From: an uncultured Coriobacteriia bacterium
GTDB taxonomy: Bacteria; Actinomycetota; Coriobacteriia; Anaerosomatales; PALSA-660
Assembly (NCBI GenBank): GCA_963726435.1
Contig: CAVSCJ010000006.1
Location: forward strand, 124,664 to 188,663
Length of the DNA: 64,000 nucleotides
Direction: 5' to 3'
The notes beneath the pieces were generated by a model. The model searched no databases, was not told where the DNA came from, and saw only the letters and a list, made by a program, of their open reading frames with translations. Position numbers and translations under genes: made by a program. This document shows positions 7,600 through 17,195 of the stretch, one piece after another. The first letter of the stretch is position 1. Every line of letters starts with the position of its first letter.

Positions 7600-8663
7600 C
7601 CGCGGATGCAATTGACGGGGATCTCCAGCGCCGGCAGGCCGGCTACGGCCGCGGAGGCCGCATGGACATCGAGGCCGACCGGGCTCTCATCGTCTCCGGC
7701 GTCCGCTTCGGCGTCACGATCGGCAGTCCCGTCGCGATCACGATCGCCAACCGCGATTCCGCGAACTGGAGCGACGTGATGGCGACTTCAGGCGAGCGCA
7801 AGGGCGAGCGTGCCGTGACCGCCCCGCGGCCCGGTCACGCCGACCTCGCCGGGTGTCAGCGCATCGACAGCGCGGACGCGCGCGACGTGATCGAGCGGGC
7901 GAGCGCGCGCGAGACGGCCGCGCGAGTGGCAGCCGGCGGGGTGGCCAGGGCGCTGCTCGCCACGATGGGCGTGTCGGTCTGCTCGTGGGTCGAACGCATC
8001 GGCGAAGTGGCTTGCGGGCCCTACGCGCCCGAGGGCGTGGACATGGCGGCCGTGTCGGCCAGTGACGTGCGATGCCCAGATGCCGCTTCGGCTGCCAGGA
8101 TGCGGGCCGCTATCGACGCGGCGCGCATCGACGGAGAGAGCTTAGGCGGCGTTGTCGCCGTGGCCGCTACAGGGCTCGTGCCGGGTCTGGGCAGCTACGC
8201 CGAGCGCCGCCGCGGACTCGATGCGGAGCTCGGCGGCGCTCTGATGTCGATCCCGGCGATCAAGGGCGTGGAGTTCGGCGACGGGTTCTCGGCCGCAGCC
8301 CTGAGCGGTTCTCAGGTGCACGACCCGATCGTGCGCGGTGCCGACGGTCATGTGCATCGGGCGTCGAATCACGCAGGCGGGCTCGAGGGCGGTATGTCCA
8401 ACGGGGAGTGTCTGGTCGCGCGCATCGCCATGAAGCCGATCCCGACTCTGACCCGTCCTCTCAGGACGGTCGACCTTGTGACGGGGGAGGACTGCGACGC
8501 GTCGAACGAGCGCTCGGACACCTGCGCCGTGCCTGCGGCAGGCGTGGTCGCCGAGGCGGAGGTCGCACTGGTGCTCGCGGACGCCTACACACGCATGTTC
8601 GGCGATACGTCGGTCGCCGACATCCGCGCGGCTCTCGACCGCTACGAGGCGAGGGTCGGATAG
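7518..8663 (+). CDS. aroC: Chorismate synthase
   Basis: The product starts MEYRTAGESHG and also has RRQAGYGRGGRM and RPGHADL motifs. An alternative ATG lies at 7506. This is the first gene of the aroC-aroK-aroB-aroQ run. Confidence 0.93.
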   Translation: MEYRTAGESHGRALVALVSGVPAGIPLTADAIDGDLQRRQAGYGRGGRMDIEADRALIVSGVRFGVTIGSPVAITIANRDSANWSDVMATSGERKGERAVTAPRPGHADLAGCQRIDSADARDVIERASARETAARVAAGGVARALLATMGVSVCSWVERIGEVACGPYAPEGVDMAAVSASDVRCPDAASAARMRAAIDAARIDGESLGGVVAVAATGLVPGLGSYAERRRGLDAELGGALMSIPAIKGVEFGDGFSAAALSGSQVHDPIVRGADGHVHRASNHAGGLEGGMSNGECLVARIAMKPIPTLTRPLRTVDLVTGEDCDASNERSDTCAVPAAGVVAEAEVALVLADAYTRMFGDTSVADIRAALDRYEARVG

Positions 8664-9176
8664 GTGAGACCCGTCTTCATCATCGGATTCATGGGCGCCG
8701 GCAAGTCCACCGTCGGCGGGATCGTCGCCGCGCGGCTCGGGCGCCCATTCGTGGACCTCGACGGCGAGATCGAGCGACGTGAGGGCCGCACCGTCGCGGA
8801 GCTGTTCGCCGCCGAAGGCGAGAGCGGCTTCCGCGATTCCGAGCGCGCCGCGCTGGCCGCAGTCGCTCGGCAGCCCGGTGTGGTGGTGGCCTGCGGCGGC
8901 GGGGTCGTGACGGACGAGGACAGCTACGCGATCCTGCGCGACAGCGGGACGGTCGTCTACCTGGAGGTTTCCCCCGAGGAGGCCGTGGCCCGCGTCGGGA
9001 GCGAGGTCCACGGGCGGCCGCTGTTGCGGGGAGGCAGCCTGGAGTCCGCCGCATCGCTTCTGGGATCCCGCGAGCGGCTCTACGACGCCGTGGCGGACAT
9101 CACGGTCGACACCATCGGGCGAGAACCCGCCGCCATCGCGGACGAGGTCGTGTCGCTCCTGGTGGGTGCGCGATGA
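8664..9176 (+). CDS. aroK: Shikimate kinase
   Basis: 170 aa with Walker A GFMGAGKSTVG. It lies between aroC and aroB. Confidence 0.9.
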   Translation: MRPVFIIGFMGAGKSTVGGIVAARLGRPFVDLDGEIERREGRTVAELFAAEGESGFRDSERAALAAVARQPGVVVACGGGVVTDEDSYAILRDSGTVVYLEVSPEEAVARVGSEVHGRPLLRGGSLESAASLLGSRERLYDAVADITVDTIGREPAAIADEVVSLLVGAR

Positions 9177-10279
9177 GCGAGACGCGGAGATTGAGTGTCA
9201 CCATCCCGGGCGGGGGCTACGACGTCATTCTGGGGCGAGGGATCCTGGACGACCTCGGCGCGAAGATGCGCGAGCGCTCACGCGCGGTGCGCTGCGCGCT
9301 CGTGACCGACGACGTTGTCGGACCGCTCCTGGCCAAGCGGGTCGAAGCCTCGCTTCAAGGGAACGGCTTCGTGCCCTTCACCTTCCAGGTCGATCACGGC
9401 GAGGCGAGCAAGTCGTGGGCGGAGGCCGGTAGGCTTCTGGAGGAGTTCTCCGATGCCGGGCTCGGTCGCGATTCGCTCGTGGTCGCGCTCGGTGGAGGGG
9501 TCGTAGGAGATCTGGCGGGCTTCGTTGCGGCCACCTACCTCCGGGGCGTGCCGGTGGTGCAGGTGCCCACCACGCTGCTCGCGCAGGCGGACAGCTCGAT
9601 CGGGGGCAAGACGGGCGTCGACCTGCCGCGGGGAAAGAACCTCGCCGGCGTCTTCTGGCAGCCGATGCTGGTGCTCTCGGATGTCGCGTGCCTCGACACG
9701 CTGCCGGAGAGCGAGTGGCGCAGCGGACTCGCCGAGGTCGCCAAGGCGGGGGTGCTGGCCGGCGAGCGCGAGTTCGCCGCCCTCGAGCGCGATGCCGAGA
9801 AGCTGCAGCGTCGCGGACCGGGTGTGGTCTCCGAGGCCGTGCTCATGGCCGCGGGGCTCAAGGGCCGCGTCGTGACAGGCGATCCGCATGAGACCGAACA
9901 GCGCGAGTCGCTGAACTACGGGCACACGCTTGCTCACGCTGTCGAGCATGAGCTGGGCTACGGGACGGTCAGCCACGGCGCGGCGGTCGCCGACGGGATG
10001 CGCTTCGCGGCGCGCCTGGGCGTCTCACTTGGCATGGCACCGGAGGCGTGGGCGGCTCGCCAGGAGCGGTTGCTGGACTCTCTCGGGCTGACGCGCATCG
10101 AGCCCGAGTGCGACCCGCACTCCCTTCTCTGCGCCATGCGATCGGACAAGAAGGGTCGCGGAGGGCGCGTGCGGTTCGTGATCTCGCGCGGGCCAGGTCT
10201 GTGGAATGTGGACGAGGTGGACGAGGAGACGCTGGCGCGTGAGCTGGCGCGGTGGTGCGAGATGGGAGGCAACTCGTGA
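9173..10279 (+). CDS. aroB: 3-dehydroquinate synthase
   Basis: 368 aa with GGGVVGDLAGFVAATYLRGV and NYGHTLAHAVE motifs. It has 4-nt overlaps with both neighbours. Confidence 0.92.
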   Translation: MSETRRLSVTIPGGGYDVILGRGILDDLGAKMRERSRAVRCALVTDDVVGPLLAKRVEASLQGNGFVPFTFQVDHGEASKSWAEAGRLLEEFSDAGLGRDSLVVALGGGVVGDLAGFVAATYLRGVPVVQVPTTLLAQADSSIGGKTGVDLPRGKNLAGVFWQPMLVLSDVACLDTLPESEWRSGLAEVAKAGVLAGEREFAALERDAEKLQRRGPGVVSEAVLMAAGLKGRVVTGDPHETEQRESLNYGHTLAHAVEHELGYGTVSHGAAVADGMRFAARLGVSLGMAPEAWAARQERLLDSLGLTRIEPECDPHSLLCAMRSDKKGRGGRVRFVISRGPGLWNVDEVDEETLARELARWCEMGGNS

Positions 10280-11811
10280 CGAAGGTGCTGATCCTGCACG
10301 GTCCGAACCTCAACCTGCTCGGCATGCGCGAGCCGGCGGTCTATGGGTCCTCGACCCTGGCCGAGATAGACGCGCGGCTGTCCGCTCTGGCCGGCGAACT
10401 CGGCTCCGAGATCGCATTCGCGCAGAGCAACCACGAGGGCGTGCTCATCGATCATCTGCACGCGGCCATCGGCGACGCCGACGCCGTCGTGTTCAACCCC
10501 GGCGCCTACACGCACACCAGCTACGCCCTGCGGGACGCCGTTGCCTCGATCGGGATCCCGGTTGTGGAGGTGCACCTCTCCAACGTTGCCGCGCGCGAGT
10601 CGTTCCGGCGCCACTCGGTGATAGCGCCCGCGTGCGTCGGCCAGATCGCCGGGTTCGGCGTGGACTCGTACCTGCTCGGGTTGCGGGCGGCGGTCGATCT
10701 GGTCCGAGGGCGCTTCGTGAGCAGTCAGCGAACGCGTCGAGGCGCTGCGCGGGCGGCTTCGGGTCGGACGCGCGTCGAGGCGCTGCTCGTCACCGCCACG
10801 GCCAACATGCGGTACCTGACTTGCTTCGACGGGGTGTTCGATTCGATGCCCGCCGGAGCCGTTGTCGTGACCCGCGAGGAGGCTCGCTTCTACACCGACT
10901 CCCGCTACATCGAGGCCGCTCGCGACGCCGCGAGGGGCACCTTCTGGGAAGTGTGTCTGCAGCGCGAGTCGCCCTACACGGAGGTCGTGAACGATCTTCA
11001 CGAGGGCGGCTTCAAGGCCCTGGCGATGGAGTCGTCGGTATCCTACGCGCGCTTCAAGATGGTCTCGGATCTGTTCGGAGGCCCAGTCGTGGTCGTCGAC
11101 CACGCCGTGGAGAACCTGCGCGCGGTGAAGGACCCGGGGGAGCTGGCCTCGATCGGGCGTGCCGCTGCGCTCACGGACCAGGCGCTCGACCACGTCCTCG
11201 GGATCCTGAGGCCCGGGCTGCGTGAGGTCGATGTCGCGCTGGAGCTCGAGGCCTACATGCGCGGTCACGGAAGCGAAGGCGTGGCGTTCGAGCCCGTGGT
11301 CGCGAGCGGGCGGAACTCCAGCAAGCCGCACGCGGGCGTCACGAGCCGCGCGATCGGCGAGGGAGACCTGCTGACGATGGACCTCGGCGCGCGGATCGAC
11401 GGCTACTGTGCCGACCTGACGCGCACCGTGGTCATCGGGCGCGCCTCCGACAAGCAGCGCGACGTGTACGAGGCCGTGCTGGCCGCCAACGAGGCGGGTC
11501 GCGCGGCCGTGCGCGCCGGCGCGCGCGCGGCTGACGTGGACGGCGTCGCACGCGACCTTCTCTCCGAGCGCGGCTACGGCGAGGCCTTCGGCCACGGGCT
11601 CGGGCACGGCGTCGGGCTCGAGATACACGAGATGCCCGGAGTGCGCCAGACGAGCACGGACGTTCTGGAGCCGGGGCACGTCGTGACGGTGGAGCCGGGC
11701 GTGTACCTGCCCGGATTCGGGGGTGTTAGAATCGAGGACCTCGTCGCGGTCGAGGACGGCGGCCACAAGCTGCTCTCCCACGCGCGCAGGGAGCTCATCG
11801 AGATCAGGTAG
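10276..11811 (+). CDS. aroQ: Fused ORF: type II 3-dehydroquinate dehydratase (N-terminal ~147 aa) plus M24B Xaa-Pro aminopeptidase PepQ/PepP
   Basis: GTG 10276 overlaps the aroB stop (GTGA) and has GGGAGG upstream. AroQ motifs are [35 protein letters not shown] and VEVHLSNV. There is no stop before the creatinase-like N-domain and the M24 motifs [21 protein letters not shown] and RIEDLV. A possible internal start is GTG 10717. Confidence 0.85.
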   Translation: MTKVLILHGPNLNLLGMREPAVYGSSTLAEIDARLSALAGELGSEIAFAQSNHEGVLIDHLHAAIGDADAVVFNPGAYTHTSYALRDAVASIGIPVVEVHLSNVAARESFRRHSVIAPACVGQIAGFGVDSYLLGLRAAVDLVRGRFVSSQRTRRGAARAASGRTRVEALLVTATANMRYLTCFDGVFDSMPAGAVVVTREEARFYTDSRYIEAARDAARGTFWEVCLQRESPYTEVVNDLHEGGFKALAMESSVSYARFKMVSDLFGGPVVVVDHAVENLRAVKDPGELASIGRAAALTDQALDHVLGILRPGLREVDVALELEAYMRGHGSEGVAFEPVVASGRNSSKPHAGVTSRAIGEGDLLTMDLGARIDGYCADLTRTVVIGRASDKQRDVYEAVLAANEAGRAAVRAGARAADVDGVARDLLSERGYGEAFGHGLGHGVGLEIHEMPGVRQTSTDVLEPGHVVTVEPGVYLPGFGGVRIEDLVAVEDGGHKLLSHARRELIEIR

Positions 11812-11886
11812 ACGACTCCGCGTCGCCGCGCCCGGACCGAAACGGGGGGCGTCGCGGCGCGAGCGTGGAGAAGGGACGAGGACCGG

Positions 11887-12447
11887 ATGGCGATCACCAC
11901 TCAGCAGTTCAAGAACGGCATGGCGATCATCTACGACGGCAAGACGTGGGTGATCGTCGAGTTCCAGCACGTGAAGCCAGGCAAGGGCGGAGCGTTCGTG
12001 CGCACCAAGCTCAAGGAGCTCAAGTCGGGGCGCGTGGTCGAGATCACCTTCCGTGCGGGCGAGAAGCTCGAGGACGTCCGGCTCGAGCAGAAGAACCTCC
12101 AGTATCTCTACAACGACGGCGACGCCTACCACTTCATGGAGACCGACACCTTCGAGCAGTTCGAGCTTCAGAGGGACTTCGTCGGAGAGGCCGCGAAGTG
12201 GCTCAAGGAGAACGACATGGCCACCGTCCAGATCGCCGGGGGCGAGATGATCGGTGTCGAGGCCCCGATGTTCGTGGAGCTCGAAGTCACCGAGACCGAT
12301 CCCGGCTTCAAGGGCGACACGGTGCAGGGCGGCAACAAGCCCGCAACGCTCGAGACAGGCGCCGTGGTCCAGGTGCCGATGTTCATCAACACGGGCGAGA
12401 GGATCCGCGTCGACACCCGCGACGGCAGGTACATCACCCGGGTGTAG
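11887..12447 (+). CDS. efp: Elongation factor P
   Basis: 186 aa with the [14 protein letters not shown] loop. Full-length match to the EF-P pattern. Confidence 0.95.
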   Translation: MAITTQQFKNGMAIIYDGKTWVIVEFQHVKPGKGGAFVRTKLKELKSGRVVEITFRAGEKLEDVRLEQKNLQYLYNDGDAYHFMETDTFEQFELQRDFVGEAAKWLKENDMATVQIAGGEMIGVEAPMFVELEVTETDPGFKGDTVQGGNKPATLETGAVVQVPMFINTGERIRVDTRDGRYITRV

Positions 12448-12635
12448 AGAGCTCGGGCGCGGACGCCGGCGGGCCGGCCGCAGGGCGTGGCTGGTCACTG
12501 GCGACTGAGTCCCTCGTCGGGCATCTCGGCTATACTTCTGATTCCGAAGTCGGCCGTCCGCGTGCCGACCGTTTGGCGCACCCTCGATGAGGGGTGCGAT
12601 ACGGATCCCGCTCGATCCACGCCGAGGGAACGCAC

Positions 12636-14471
12636 ATGAGACGTGTATCCATAATGGACACCACGCTTCGCGACGCCCACCAGTCGCTGTGGGCGACTCG
12701 CATGGAGATCGGCGACATGCTCCCGATCCTCGAGCGCATGGACAACCTGGGCTACTGGGCGCTCGAGATGTGGGGCGGCGCGACGTTCGACGCCATGCTC
12801 CGCTTCCTCGACGAGAACCCGTGGGAGCGACTGCGCACCATCAAGCGGCACTGTACCAAGACCCCGCTGCAGATGCTCCTGCGCGGTCAGAACCTGGTCG
12901 GCTACAAGCACTACTCCGACGATATCGTGCGACGGTTCGTTCTGGCGGCGGCGCGCAACGGCATCGACAACTTCCGCGTCTTCGACGCCCTGAACGACAT
13001 CCGCAACGTCGAGATGTCCGCCGAGGCGATCAAGGAGAGCGGCGCGCTGTTCGAGGGCGCCATCTCCTACACCGTGAGCCCGGTGCACACGCTCGACTCT
13101 TTCGTCGAGTACGCGCAGGAGCTCAAGGAGCTAGGGGCGGACACCATCTGCATCAAGGACATGGCGGGCATGCTGACGCCGTTCCGCACCGAGAAGATGG
13201 TCGTGGCGTTGAAGAAGGAGATCGGGCTGCCGATCCACTTGCACTGCCACTACATCGGCGGCATGGCTCCGATGAACTACCTCAAGGCGATCGAGGCGGG
13301 CGCGGACATCGTCGACACCGCGGTCGTGGCGCTGGCGTTCGGCAACTCGCAGCCCGCGGTAGAGATGATCGTCGCGGCGCTCAAGGAGTCGCCCTACGAC
13401 ACTGGCATCGACCTCGACGAGCTATTTCGCATCGCCGAGTACTGGGAGAGTGTGCGCGAGCGCAAGAAGCTCAAGCGCGGCATCACAACGATGCTGCAGA
13501 TGGAGGTCTTCTCCCACCAGGTGCCGGGCGGCATGATGTCCAACCTCATCAGCCAGCTCGAGCTCCAGAAGGCGAGCGACCGCCTGCCCGACGTGCTGGC
13601 CGAGATCCCGCGGGTGCGCGCGGAAGTCGGCTATCCGCCTCTCGTCACGCCCATGTCTCAGATCGTCGGGACCCAGGCGGTGCTCAACGTGCTCACCGGC
13701 AAGCGCTGGGGTGTCGTCCCCAACGAGATGAAGGAGTACGTCAAAGGCTACTACGGGAAGGCGCCGGGTCCCATGACCCCGGAGATCGTGGCACGTGTGC
13801 TCGGTGACGAGAAGCCGCTGCCCCTAGACGTCCGCCCCGGCTCGATGGTGACGACCACCTACGACCAGATGGCTGTCGAGATCGGCGACCTGGCTCGCAG
13901 CGAGGAGGACGTGCTGATGTACGCCCTCTTCCCGAACGAGGCCATGACCTACTTGACCAAGCACAAGGAAGGCGCCGAGAAGGCCGTCTTCATGCTCTCC
14001 GAGGAGATCGACACTGTCAGGGAGGACGAATCCGTGGACGTCAACCAGATACGCGAGCTAATCAAGGTCGTCGAGGCCTCCGACATCAACGAGGTCGTCG
14101 TCGAGGAGAATGGCGCGATCGTGACCGTGCGCAAGGGCGGGTACCACTTGGCGCACCCTGCCGGAAGCGCCCCGGCCGCAGCCGCTCCCGCCATGGCGCT
14201 GGCGGAGCCGGACGGGCTCCGGGCGTCCTGGAAGGAAGTCCGCGCGATGATGGTGGGCACGTTCTACGCGGCTCCGTCGCCGGGCTCGGACCCCTTCGTC
14301 GAGGTGGGCGATCTGGTGGAGATCGGCAATCCCGTGTGCATCCTCGAGGCCATGAAGCTGATGAACGAGATCGAGATGCCCGAGACGGGCATCATCCGCG
14401 AGGTGGCCGCCGTCGACGCTTCTGCGGTGGACTACGGCGCGGTCCTGTTCTACTACGAGCCGACGGAGTAG
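12636..14471 (+). CDS. Carboxyltransferase (5S)-biotin carrier fusion, of the oxaloacetate decarboxylase alpha / pyruvate carboxylase subunit B type
   Basis: ATG 12636 with GAGGGA upstream. It has the HMGL-like TIM barrel IMDTTLRDAHQSLWATR and a C-terminal biotinyl domain with CILEAMKLMNEIE. It is followed by a biotin carboxylase. Confidence 0.85.
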   Translation: MRRVSIMDTTLRDAHQSLWATRMEIGDMLPILERMDNLGYWALEMWGGATFDAMLRFLDENPWERLRTIKRHCTKTPLQMLLRGQNLVGYKHYSDDIVRRFVLAAARNGIDNFRVFDALNDIRNVEMSAEAIKESGALFEGAISYTVSPVHTLDSFVEYAQELKELGADTICIKDMAGMLTPFRTEKMVVALKKEIGLPIHLHCHYIGGMAPMNYLKAIEAGADIVDTAVVALAFGNSQPAVEMIVAALKESPYDTGIDLDELFRIAEYWESVRERKKLKRGITTMLQMEVFSHQVPGGMMSNLISQLELQKASDRLPDVLAEIPRVRAEVGYPPLVTPMSQIVGTQAVLNVLTGKRWGVVPNEMKEYVKGYYGKAPGPMTPEIVARVLGDEKPLPLDVRPGSMVTTTYDQMAVEIGDLARSEEDVLMYALFPNEAMTYLTKHKEGAEKAVFMLSEEIDTVREDESVDVNQIRELIKVVEASDINEVVVEENGAIVTVRKGGYHLAHPAGSAPAAAAPAMALAEPDGLRASWKEVRAMMVGTFYAAPSPGSDPFVEVGDLVEIGNPVCILEAMKLMNEIEMPETGIIREVAAVDASAVDYGAVLFYYEPTE

Positions 14472-14478
14472 CCCGCGC

Positions 14479-15840
14479 ATGCGGGAGTTCGGCAAGATAC
14501 TGATCGCCAACCGCGGCGAGGTGGCTCTGAGAGTGATCAGGGCCTGCCGCGAGATGGACATCCGCACGGTCGCGATCTTCTCCGACGTCGACCGTGACTG
14601 CCTGCACACGCGCATGGCCGACGAGGCCGTCTGCGTCGGCCCCGCGGCGTCATCCGCCAGCTATCTCAACGTTCCGAACATCATCTCAGCCGCGCTGGTC
14701 ACCGGCGCGAACGCTGTGCACCCCGGCTACGGGTTCCTGGCCGAGAACGCGGGATTCGCGCGCGCGTGCGAGGACAGCGGGATCAAGTTCATAGGTCCGC
14801 CTCCCGACGCGATCGACCGCATGGGCGACAAGGCCGTCGCCAAGCAGACGATGGAAGCGGCGGGCGTGCCCACCGTGCCCGGCAGCGACGGCCCCGTCAC
14901 CTGCGAGGCCGAGGCTCTCCGCTTCGCTGACGAGGTCGGGTACCCGGTGCTGATCAAGGCTTCCGCCGGCGGCGGCGGTCGCGGCATGCGCATCGCCACC
15001 GACCGCGCCTCGCTGGCCTCCATGCTGCACGCGGCGAAGGCCGAAGCGGCCGTCGCGTTCGGCGATGACACCGTCTACCTGGAGAAGTACCTGACACGCC
15101 CGCGCCACATCGAGTTCCAGGTCCTCGCGGACAGTCACGGCAATGCCATCCACCTGTTCGAGCGCGACTGTTCCGTGCAGCGTCGCCATCAGAAGCTGAT
15201 CGAGGAATCGCCCTCGCCGGCGCTGACGGACGAGCTGCGCTCCGCCATGGGTGACGCCGCGCTGCTCGCTGTCCGAGCGGTCGACTACGTCAACGCTGGG
15301 ACGGTGGAGTTCCTCCTCGACGAGGACGGCAAGTTCTACTTCATGGAGATGAACACCCGCGTCCAGGTCGAACATCCCGTGACAGAGGCGGTTACTGGTG
15401 TCGACATCATCAAGGAGCAGATCCGGATCGCGGCCGGCTCTCCGATGCGCCATCCGGATCAGGCCGACATAGTCCAACGCGGGCACGCGATCGAGTTCCG
15501 CATCAACGCCGAAGACCCGGCCAACGGCTTCAGGCCGCACCCCGGGCGCGTCGAGGTCTACAACGCGCCCGGGGGACTCGGAGTGAGAGTCGACTCGCAC
15601 CTGTACTCGGGATACACCGTGCCGCCGAACTACGACTCGCTGCTGGCCAAGCTGATCGTGTGGGGCGAGACCCGCTACGAGGCGATCAACAGGGCCCGGC
15701 GGGCGCTCGACGAGTTCATCGTAGTGGGGATCCCGACGACGATCCCGTTCCACCAGGCGGTCATCGAGAACGAGTACTTCCAGAAGGGCGAGGTCTATAC
15801 TGACTTCGTGGAAACGCGCATCTACCACGAGCACGACTGA
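14479..15840 (+). CDS. accC: Biotin carboxylase (ATP-grasp), probable partner of the preceding carboxyltransferase-BCCP
   Basis: 453 aa with KASAGGGGRGMR and EMNTRVQVEHPVTE motifs. Confidence 0.92.
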   Translation: MREFGKILIANRGEVALRVIRACREMDIRTVAIFSDVDRDCLHTRMADEAVCVGPAASSASYLNVPNIISAALVTGANAVHPGYGFLAENAGFARACEDSGIKFIGPPPDAIDRMGDKAVAKQTMEAAGVPTVPGSDGPVTCEAEALRFADEVGYPVLIKASAGGGGRGMRIATDRASLASMLHAAKAEAAVAFGDDTVYLEKYLTRPRHIEFQVLADSHGNAIHLFERDCSVQRRHQKLIEESPSPALTDELRSAMGDAALLAVRAVDYVNAGTVEFLLDEDGKFYFMEMNTRVQVEHPVTEAVTGVDIIKEQIRIAAGSPMRHPDQADIVQRGHAIEFRINAEDPANGFRPHPGRVEVYNAPGGLGVRVDSHLYSGYTVPPNYDSLLAKLIVWGETRYEAINRARRALDEFIVVGIPTTIPFHQAVIENEYFQKGEVYTDFVETRIYHEHD

Positions 15841-15891
15841 CGGCGCCACCAGCTGACGGGGCGCCGTCGCCTCGACTAGCGGAAGGGACCC

Positions 15892-16236
15892 GTGAAGAGC
15901 ATGCCAGCCGAACTGAGCCTGGAGGGCCTCGACATCGCTCCGGGCGTGGTCGAGACCGTCGTGCAGCTCGCCGCCGGTGCCGTGGAGGGCGTCGCATCGG
16001 TCGACACCTCGCCTCTGGGCAAGATCTCGCGCTCGACCAAGGCGACCGAGGTCTCCCTCGACGAGGAAGGGCTGTTCGTGGTCGGGCTGCACATAACCGC
16101 GACTTATGGCCGCCCGCTGCGACAGCTCGCCGCCGCGGTGCAGGACGCAGTGTGTGACGCGCTTCAATCGCAGACCGGTCACGCCGCGTCGCGCGTCGAC
16201 GTGTTCATCGACGCCATACAGTTCCCCGAGCAGTAG
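15892..16236 (+). CDS. Asp23/Gls24 family envelope stress protein
   Basis: 114 aa, GTG start, with GVVETVVQLAAGAVEGV. It occupies the slot before nusB, as in Bacillota. Confidence 0.8.
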   Translation: MKSMPAELSLEGLDIAPGVVETVVQLAAGAVEGVASVDTSPLGKISRSTKATEVSLDEEGLFVVGLHITATYGRPLRQLAAAVQDAVCDALQSQTGHAASRVDVFIDAIQFPEQ

Positions 16237-16252
16237 GGCCGGCCGCACACTC

Positions 16253-16687
16253 ATGCTCGAACGACGCAGGGCCCGACACCAAGCGCTCCACATCCTGTAC
16301 CAGCGGGAGATCACCGAGCAGAGCGCGGTGAGCATCCTCGCCGACGGCAGCTTCTCCATCGAGGACGGCGAGCCCACCTCCTACTGCCGCGATGCCGTGA
16401 CCGGCGTCGAGGCGCACCAGGGGCGGATAGACGCGATCATCGAGGACATCTCGGAGAACTGGTCGCTGTCGCGCATGCCCTTGGTGGACCGCAGCATCCT
16501 GCGGCTGGCGGTGTGGGAGATGCTCTACCGCGACGAGGACGTCCCCGACTCGGTGGCCATAAACGAGGCAGTGGAGATGGCCAAGGTCTACGGCGGCGAG
16601 GACTCATCGAAGTTCATAAACGGCATCCTGGGCCGGCTCGCGGACGTTGCGGCCGCTGGCGGGGCAAAGGAGGACACTGATGAGTGA
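16253..16687 (+). CDS. nusB: Transcription antitermination factor NusB
   Basis: ATG 16253, 144 aa, with RRRARHQALHILYQ and AINEAVEMAKVYGGEDSSKFINGILG. The upstream part of track ORF 16106.. overlaps asp23 out of frame. Confidence 0.92.
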   Translation: MLERRRARHQALHILYQREITEQSAVSILADGSFSIEDGEPTSYCRDAVTGVEAHQGRIDAIIEDISENWSLSRMPLVDRSILRLAVWEMLYRDEDVPDSVAINEAVEMAKVYGGEDSSKFINGILGRLADVAAAGGAKEDTDE

Positions 16688-17054
16688 CGAGCGCTCGACC
16701 TTCGAGATGACCCGGGCACGACTGGAGGACATAGTCGCCCAGGCCCGACGCAAGGACGTCTCGCTCGAGCAGAGCCTAGACCTGCTCGAGGAGGCCGTCC
16801 GGCTCGTGAACCAGTGCAACGAGCTCATCGACCAGACCGCGTTCCGGGCGCCCGACACAGAAGGTCAGGTCGCGGGCTTCGAGGAGTCCACGGTGACCAT
16901 GACCGATCTGATCGAGGCCGTAGACATCGACGGCGACGGGGTCGCGGACGTTCTGGTCGAGACCGTGCTCGTCTCCGAGGATGTGGGTACGGAAGATCAG
17001 GAGGCCGGCGAGTCCGGCTCGCCGGCTGAAGAAGAGGACGACGAGCGCGAGTGA
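16680..17054 (+). CDS. xseB: Exodeoxyribonuclease VII small subunit with a long acidic C-terminal extension
   Basis: ATG 16680 overlaps the nusB stop. The XseB core is FEMTRARLEDIVAQ...SLEQSLDLLEEAVRLVNQCNELI, followed by a ~70-aa Asp/Glu-rich tail. Confidence 0.8.
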   Translation: MSDERSTFEMTRARLEDIVAQARRKDVSLEQSLDLLEEAVRLVNQCNELIDQTAFRAPDTEGQVAGFEESTVTMTDLIEAVDIDGDGVADVLVETVLVSEDVGTEDQEAGESGSPAEEEDDERE

Positions 17055-17195
17055 CGCTCGGCCCGACGGCGCCGTAACGGCGCGGTGACGTGGTGGTGTG
17101 TCCGGATTGCGAGTGAGGGATAGCGGGTCTAACGTCGGACCGAGAAGCGGACCTCATGCGGGGACCGACCTGGCAAGGAGGATGACGCACCGACA

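Noticed and set aside
10733-10786. 16-nt direct repeat CGCGTCGAGGCGCTGC (10733 and 10771) that reads RVEAL in two different frames, initially taken as evidence for compensating frameshifts at the pepQ N-terminus.
   Set aside because: The double RVEAL reading is a trivial consequence of the same 16-mer being offset by 38 nt. The surrounding sequence is not duplicated, and the single-frame reading gives an acceptable creatinase-like N-domain.
9958-12498. 846-aa minus-strand ORF spanning aroQ/pepQ and efp.
   Set aside because: It is antisense to three well-supported plus-strand genes. The translation is Arg/Gly/His/Asp-rich low complexity with no recognisable motif. Long stop-free antisense frames are expected in GC-rich coding DNA.
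12448-12635. 188-nt spacer between efp and the carboxyltransferase gene, examined for a BirA operator or riboswitch.
   Set aside because: It contains only several short hairpins and a TATACT box. There is no palindromic bio-operator-like sequence and no recognisable RNA motif.
14686-16377. 563-aa minus-strand ORF. Similar long shadow ORFs occur at 17829..19412(-), 25704..27542(-), 32732..34216(-), 36720..38252(-), 41019..42932(+), 50679..51644(+) and 55056..56753(-).
   Set aside because: All overlap strongly supported genes on the opposite strand or in another frame. They have Arg/Pro/Gly-dominated composition, and none shows a conserved domain signature.
17055-17195. Possible TPP riboswitch or other leader upstream of dxs.
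   Set aside because: Only short generic hairpins are present. The conserved CTGAGA and ACCTGATCTGGATAATGCCAGCG-like TPP elements are absent.
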